Assembly: GCA_965649205.1 (NCBI GenBank)
Contig: CBFGJV010000007.1
Coordinates: 1 to 64,000, forward strand
DNA from: a candidate division WOR-3 bacterium
GTDB lineage: Bacteria > Hydrothermota > Tepidihabitantia > Tepidihabitantales > Tepidihabitantaceae
Direction of reading: 5' to 3'
DNA length: 64,000 nt
Shown: in pieces, positions 59,901 to 64,000 of the stretch
How positions within the stretch are numbered: position 1 is the first letter of the stretch
How the letters are laid out: each line of letters starts with the position of its first letter
The notes under the pieces: generated by a model
Told to the model about the DNA's origin: nothing
The model's database searches: none
What the model saw: only the letters and a program-made list of their open reading frames with translations
Program-made: the position numbers and the translations under genes

Positions 59901-62900
59901 GTACGGGCAGTGGATAGCGTAGGCAATGTGCGGGTATCGACACAGACGCGTACGTTCGGGGTGGACACTGTCCCCCCAGAACCTTTTACTCTCGTTTTGC
60001 CCGATGATTCAAGCTGGGTTTCTGGGCGCCCTCGGTTTGTCTGGCACCAGTCGACTGATTCTTTGAGTGGTATCTGTCTTTACCGTGTGTATGTGTCCGG
60101 AACTGGGCGAGTGGATAGTATTCTGGCAACGGACACCAGCACGGTACCGACTTCTACCCTCGCCGAAGGACCGGCTACCTGGTACGTGCAGGCGATTGAC
60201 CGGGCAGGCAATATACGTCACAGCCCGGTCCAGCGGATATTCGTGGATACCACCCCCCCCGCTGCATTCAGCCTTGTTTCTCCGTCTGATGGGGCGTACC
60301 AGACAATGTCCTTGCCGGAATTTATCTGGCGGCAGAGTACGGACGCAGGCGTTGGGTTCCAGAAGTACGAATTGTGGATTGATGGGGTACGGAACAGAGA
60401 AAGCTTGGGGATGCTGGATACGATGGCTTTGCCAGCCACGGCTCTGAGCGAAGGGATTCATGTCTGGCAAATACGGGCCTACGACAAAGTGGCTAACGTC
60501 CGCTTTTCTAATCAGAGTCGTCAGGTTACTTTGGATTGGACCCCGCCCGACACTTTCAGTCTTTCGTTTCCCCGCGAAAATGATACCACCTATGTACAAC
60601 AGCCTGTCTTCTTCTGGCGGCCGGCACGCGACAGGGTTTCCGGTTTGTCCCGATACCAGTTGCTGATTGATGATACAGTCAGCAGAGACAGTATTGCGGA
60701 GTCTGATACCTTCGCCGTTCTGGTTTCTCCGCTTTCCTTTGGCAGCGTGGTCCAGTGGAAGGTGAAGGCTATTGACCGTGCCGGATTGGAGCGTCAATCC
60801 AGCAAGACTCACAGGTTGTATGTTGTCAAGGACAGCATTCCACCGACGATTCCGATTCAGGTGGCCCCAGGGCACGGTACCTATTGTCGGGATAGTGCGC
60901 CGACCTTCCGTTGGCGACGTTCCAGCGATACCTACAGTGGGGTGAGTCACTATTCTCTCCAGTATGCGACAAACCCTGTTTGTAGCATGGGAATTACCGT
61001 GATGGTGAGCGATACTTTCTATCAAGTTCCTGGCCGGCTGGCCGATACGGTCTGGTACTGGCGAGTGCGGGCTCATGACCGGGTAGGCAATAGGAGCGAC
61101 TGGTCTTTGGTGTGGTTTTTTGAAGTGGATACTCGCATTCCGGCCGCTCCTATGCTGCAGCGACCTGTGCGAGGAGCCTGGTGTAACAGTCGGGAGGTGG
61201 TTTTCAGCTGGACGCCAACGTCTTGGGGCATACTGTCTCCGGTCCGTTACATACTGCAGGTGGATACTGTTGTTCATTTTACCCATCCGCGGACAGATAC
61301 GACTGCTGCCACTATGGACACAATGAATCTGTTAGAGCGCAAACGTTACTACTGGCGAGTGCGTGCCTTTGACTTAGCCGGAAACCAGGGTCCTTTTTCA
61401 GCAATAGACAGCTTTGGAGTGGATGCGGATGTACCGACGGTTCCGGCTCCGGTTGCTCCTGACAGCGGCGGATTGCTCAATGACTCGCTTGTTCGATTTG
61501 TCTGGCGGCGTAGCTCAGATGCCCTGAGCGGAGTACGACATTACGTTTTGCAGTGGGCACCTGATTCTGATTTCGTTGGTGCTGTCACCAGAGATTCTGT
61601 TACGGATACAACCTGGGTGACAACGCCGCCGCTGATTGACACTGTTTGGTATTGGCGAGTAAGAGCGGTGGACAGAGCCCACAACCAGAGTAACTGGTCT
61701 TCAGTCTGGTCTTTTGCCAAGGACGCAACAGCTCCGGCGGTGCCGTTGCTTTTGGAACCAGTTCGGGGTTCCTGGAAGAACGCCCTACGTACTGTTTTTC
61801 GCTGGTCGCCGGTAGAGGATGAATGGCAGGGGTCTGGCTTTGGAATTTGCTCGCCGGTGCGTTACATAGTGCAGGTGGATACACTGCGCAGTTTCGTTTC
61901 TCCGTTGGTTGTAGATACCACCGCGTTCACCGAAGACACATTCGAACTTGGGGAGCGGGGGCGTTACTACTGGCGTGTGCGGGCTTTTGATTTGGCCGGA
62001 AACCAGGGCTATTTTTCCAGTTTGGACAGTTTTGGTATAGACTACACGGCGCCAACTTCTCCGATCATTGTGGCTCCGGACAGCGGCAAGGTATGTAACG
62101 ATTCTGTGATGCGTTTTGTTTGGAGTCGGGCCAGGGACGTTTTGAGCGGCGTGGATCATTATCAGCTGCAGTATGGCCAAGACCCCGAGCTGGCTGATTC
62201 TGTTACGATTGATTCGCTTACGGATACAACTGCTGTTGTGGCACTGGTTGACGCTATTTGGTATTGGCGGTTGAGAGCGGTAGACCGGGCAGGCAATTTC
62301 AGCCTTTGGTCTAGCATCTGGAATTTTGAAAAAGATACAAGAGAACCCGAGCAGCCGACTCTTTTATCGCCGGTAGGAGGTGTTTGGATTGCGGACAGCT
62401 TCGTATGCTGTAACTGGAGTCGGGTTTTTCTGAGAGGAGCCGGAACGGGATTGTTTTGTACTTTGCCGAGTAATTCGGAGTGGGCCGAGCGGGTTCCTCT
62501 TTCTTTGGTGCGTTACATACTGCAGATAGATACGACGCTGGCTTTTGTACGGCCGCGAGTAGACACGCTTGATGATACAACCGCGACAGTAAACCGAGGA
62601 GAGGGACGTCATTTCTGGCGCGTGCGGGCCTTTGACCTGGCAGGTAATCAAGGAGCTTTTTCTCACGTGGACAGCTTCGGCGTAGATTTAACTAGACCGA
62701 CGGTGCCGATGCTCGAACATCCGCCGGATAATTTTACACTGGTCGACTCCTTATGTACTTTTATTTGGCACTATGCCCAGGACTGGCCCAGCGGAGTGGC
62801 GGACTACAGACTACAGGTGGCATCTGATACCGGCTTCAGCCGGTTGCAGCGTGACACGGTAGTAGCTGATACCAGTTGTCGGTTGCTGGTCGCTGATTCG

Positions 62901-63281
62901 GTTTGCTACTGGCGTGTGCGTTGTAAAGACCGAGCCGGTAACCTGAGCAATTGGTCGGTTAGGCGCAGGTTGCGAGTAATCGGTCCGGGGGCAGTGGTGG
63001 AAAGGTCTCCACAACTGTTGTCGGGTGTTTTGGAGCTGGCGGGACCGGTTGTGTTTCGTGATCGCCTGGTGCTGACCTGCGTTCTAAGAAGAGAGGTGGT
63101 AGTGCGACTTTCTTTGTACAACAGTGCAGGTCGGGAGATGACGGTTTTTTGGTCAGGCAAACAGCCTGCTGGGAGATACAAGATTACCTGTAACAGTTTA
63201 TCGATCCCTGCCGGCATCTATTTTCTCAGTCTGGATGCAGACGGTCTTGTGGCAAAACTAAAGGTGGTAAAGGCCGAATAG
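56955..63281 (+). CDS. Giant secreted M14 zinc carboxypeptidase: M14 + carboxypeptidase-regulatory-like + 4 'PNGGE' Ig-like repeats + 12 FN3/Ig-like repeats + T9SS-like C-terminal sorting domain
   Basis: HGCE, NPDG, RKN, GVDLNRNY; repeats W.V.A.D.AGN; C-terminus YN..GR...PAGIYF....K.VK. Confidence 0.88.
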   Translation: MFRNLFSTLLLLASSQFAGVSGLPAGRVAFDTSYYNNYVRTMRKIDSLVSLRPSIASLETIAVTETGGRAVVAVKLAGTASSQGTTPAILFDGAHHGCEVLTSEVCLKLLAYLIAGYDSSPVLRRYIDSLRIFIVPLVNPDGHEVNFVTPDTLWRKNTRDNNSNGYWDPEDGVDLNRNYPFLWDIGGSPFPSDREYRGPYPLSEAETQGMVALCAREKFLTNICYHSSLEAEGWEKIYYPWDWGGVRSPDYDIIRPIAIALASSIPNLAGTGTYSAAIGNALSGGMYRNWSYYNYGVFSYTVETGIYYPSPAAAESICANNILGARYLLGRTLGSAVWGRVTDSVDGKPLAAQVLLLEVDTLSPRPILPRTSDSVQGRFFRLVNPGAYTFRVSRPGYVTKTVSVTVQEGQRSNLEVRLAKPSVTVVSPNGGESWMGGTTQTIRWRKADAGFATYRIVLSRDGGLTYADTIARNIPASETTFRWILSWVNSATCRIMVQALDSTGAFICQDVSDGNFVIQTAVTVLVPNGGEILGGGLPYTVRWRVIGTGFAFLRVLLSTNGGMTYTDTIGQVSVQESVIVWTPAWMNVNTCRIRVQALDSSGAVVVHDASDGNFAVRTAVTVMSPNGGEFWATGGYRTVRWTRTGGGFSGYRLLLSMDGGFTFKDTIARDVNPAESSFVWVIPTANSSTCWLMVQALDSAGGVVCQDASDGSFTIAGVVTVSVPNGGEVWAGNGFQNIYWKKTGVSFEYHRLLLSRNGGLTYSDTIAAYVAAAESSYRWQVFPVNTDKCRVCVQLVDASGQVVAADWSDLDFTIDSDPPLGFNLVRPANSAWASGTPIFIWNSARDNFGIGYYQLFVDGILRMDSIADTVCTFLPPALGEGLRTWTVKAVDRAGNARQSTQTFSVRIDTTPPGPFHLLAPAESSWISRSLSVLSWQASYDVGCGLAGYQLWIDGVPNRTDLSASQTSCLPVAPLSLGLHSWQVRAVDSVGNVRVSTQTRTFGVDTVPPEPFTLVLPDDSSWVSGRPRFVWHQSTDSLSGICLYRVYVSGTGRVDSILATDTSTVPTSTLAEGPATWYVQAIDRAGNIRHSPVQRIFVDTTPPAAFSLVSPSDGAYQTMSLPEFIWRQSTDAGVGFQKYELWIDGVRNRESLGMLDTMALPATALSEGIHVWQIRAYDKVANVRFSNQSRQVTLDWTPPDTFSLSFPRENDTTYVQQPVFFWRPARDRVSGLSRYQLLIDDTVSRDSIAESDTFAVLVSPLSFGSVVQWKVKAIDRAGLERQSSKTHRLYVVKDSIPPTIPIQVAPGHGTYCRDSAPTFRWRRSSDTYSGVSHYSLQYATNPVCSMGITVMVSDTFYQVPGRLADTVWYWRVRAHDRVGNRSDWSLVWFFEVDTRIPAAPMLQRPVRGAWCNSREVVFSWTPTSWGILSPVRYILQVDTVVHFTHPRTDTTAATMDTMNLLERKRYYWRVRAFDLAGNQGPFSAIDSFGVDADVPTVPAPVAPDSGGLLNDSLVRFVWRRSSDALSGVRHYVLQWAPDSDFVGAVTRDSVTDTTWVTTPPLIDTVWYWRVRAVDRAHNQSNWSSVWSFAKDATAPAVPLLLEPVRGSWKNALRTVFRWSPVEDEWQGSGFGICSPVRYIVQVDTLRSFVSPLVVDTTAFTEDTFELGERGRYYWRVRAFDLAGNQGYFSSLDSFGIDYTAPTSPIIVAPDSGKVCNDSVMRFVWSRARDVLSGVDHYQLQYGQDPELADSVTIDSLTDTTAVVALVDAIWYWRLRAVDRAGNFSLWSSIWNFEKDTREPEQPTLLSPVGGVWIADSFVCCNWSRVFLRGAGTGLFCTLPSNSEWAERVPLSLVRYILQIDTTLAFVRPRVDTLDDTTATVNRGEGRHFWRVRAFDLAGNQGAFSHVDSFGVDLTRPTVPMLEHPPDNFTLVDSLCTFIWHYAQDWPSGVADYRLQVASDTGFSRLQRDTVVADTSCRLLVADSVCYWRVRCKDRAGNLSNWSVRRRLRVIGPGAVVERSPQLLSGVLELAGPVVFRDRLVLTCVLRREVVVRLSLYNSAGREMTVFWSGKQPAGRYKITCNSLSIPAGIYFLSLDADGLVAKLKVVKAE
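58221..59396 (+). repeat. Four tandem ~98-aa 'VTV..PNGGE.W..G' domains
   Basis: Repeated LS.DGG.TY.DTI and D.SDG.F motifs. Confidence 0.8.
59397..62985 (+). repeat. Twelve tandem ~95-115-aa FN3/Ig-like domains
   Basis: Repeated D..PP...L..P ... F.W ... SG...Y.L ... W.VRA.D.AGN. Confidence 0.8.
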
Positions 63282-63371
63282 AAGACCAGACAGCGGGAGT
63301 TTTCTTGAAAACAATGATTGAAGGTCAAAAAACGGTTTTGGAGATGGCGAAATTTGGCTTAATTTTCAAGG

Positions 63372-63399
63372 TTGACAAAATGAGTTCTTTGGCTATATT
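63372..63399 (+). promoter_or_regulatory. sigma70-type promoter of the S10 operon
   Basis: TTGACA-N16-TATATT. Confidence 0.75.
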
Positions 63400-63517
63400 A
63401 CACGCCAGGCGCTAGAAATAGTGCCAGGGGCAATCCGCCCTTCCGCCCTGAAAAGACTAACAGGCAGCGGTAGATGTTTAAAATAGTGATAGAGAGGTTT
63501 TGTTTCTGTATTGAGTT

Positions 63518-63841
63518 ATGAGCCTGATAAGGACATCGAAGAAGATACGTATTAAGCTTAAGGCTTACGACCACCGGGTGCTGGACCAGTCCGCTCGCGA
63601 TATAGTGGATGTGGCCAAGAGGACTGGTGCTCAGGTTTCCGGGCCGGTGCCGTTGCCCACAAAGCGTACGCTGTTCACTGTACTGCGTTCTCCTCATGTG
63701 GATAAGAAGTCGCGGGAACAGTTTGAACTGCGGGTGCATAAGCGCCTGATAGAGATTTCTAATGCTACCGCTGAAATGGTGGATGCTTTGATGAAGCTGG
63801 AAGTACCTGCCGGCGTAGAAGTAGAGATTAGGTCAGCTTGA
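63518..63841 (+). CDS. rpsJ: 30S ribosomal protein S10
   Basis: [30 protein letters not shown]. Confidence 0.98.
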   Translation: MSLIRTSKKIRIKLKAYDHRVLDQSARDIVDVAKRTGAQVSGPVPLPTKRTLFTVLRSPHVDKKSREQFELRVHKRLIEISNATAEMVDALMKLEVPAGVEVEIRSA

Positions 63842-63846
63842 GCAGT

Positions 63847-64000
63847 ATGGAGAACAAAGATAGCCGGAAAGCAAAGAATGCTAGCGCCCTCTTGGGTTTG
63901 AAAGGAACGATGACCCAGTTCTATGACAAACAGGGCCGTGTGGTACCGGCAACCGCAATAGAGGTAGGGACTAATTGTGTCGTGGTCGCGCGCCGGAGCG
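63847..64000 (+). CDS. rplC: 50S ribosomal protein L3 (3' truncated by window edge)
   Basis: Manual translation [41 protein letters not shown]...; follows rpsJ. Confidence 0.9.
   Translation, partial: MENKDSRKAKNASALLGLKGTMTQFYDKQGRVVPATAIEVGTNCVVVARRS

Noticed and set aside
60009..61286. 425-aa minus-strand ORF and many other long antisense ORFs in the track
   Set aside because: Shadows of well-supported genes on the opposite strand; no motifs or RBS
58221..62985. Repeats as DGR template/variable regions or a mobile element
   Set aside because: Similarity is at the protein-domain level, with no adenine-specific pattern and no reverse transcriptase or transposase in the window
1..64000. 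sigma54 (-24/-12) promoters, given rpoN
   Set aside because: No convincing intergenic TGGCAC-N5-TTGC found by eye; a PWM scan would be needed

Overview
64 kb of core chromosome from an anaerobic, LPS-bearing (diderm) bacterium. Gene content (Lpt genes, RpoN, C-terminal sorting-type domains, 4-subunit POR) resembles FCB-associated candidate phyla such as WOR-3; this is an unverified inference. Contents in order: end of a type IV pilus operon (pilQ-pilT-pilD); an OmpA-domain protein and a lipoprotein; tRNA-Thr/Tyr/Gly/Thr, tuf, rpmG, tRNA-Trp, secE, nusG, rplKAJL, rpoBC, rpsLG (no fusA); pgeF, recJ and a GT-C/TPR glycosyltransferase; a frameshifted TonB-dependent receptor and a doubly frameshifted hypothetical gene; porGDAB; a peroxiredoxin; a frameshifted papain-like protease; adk-map-infA-rpmJ-pyrG-lptCAB-rpoN-selB-selD(Sec)-mscS; a zincin; yggS; a panG-like operon; a DUF2723/TPR glycosyltransferase divergent from a 2.1-kaa M14 carboxypeptidase with Ig/FN3-like repeats; and the start of the S10 operon. 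No CRISPR, IS or prophage was seen. The most striking unexplained structure is that most intra-operon spacers of about 20 nt or more are spanned by a short unannotated 'bridge' ORF. Each starts on or beside the upstream stop (ATGA/GTGA) and stops on or beside the downstream start, including one through tRNA-Trp and one through the rplL-rpoB hairpin, suggesting a ribosome relay. Also notable: sigma70-type promoters almost all have 16-nt spacers, several look leaderless, and exported proteins are rich in D-S/T sequons near two GT-C enzymes.
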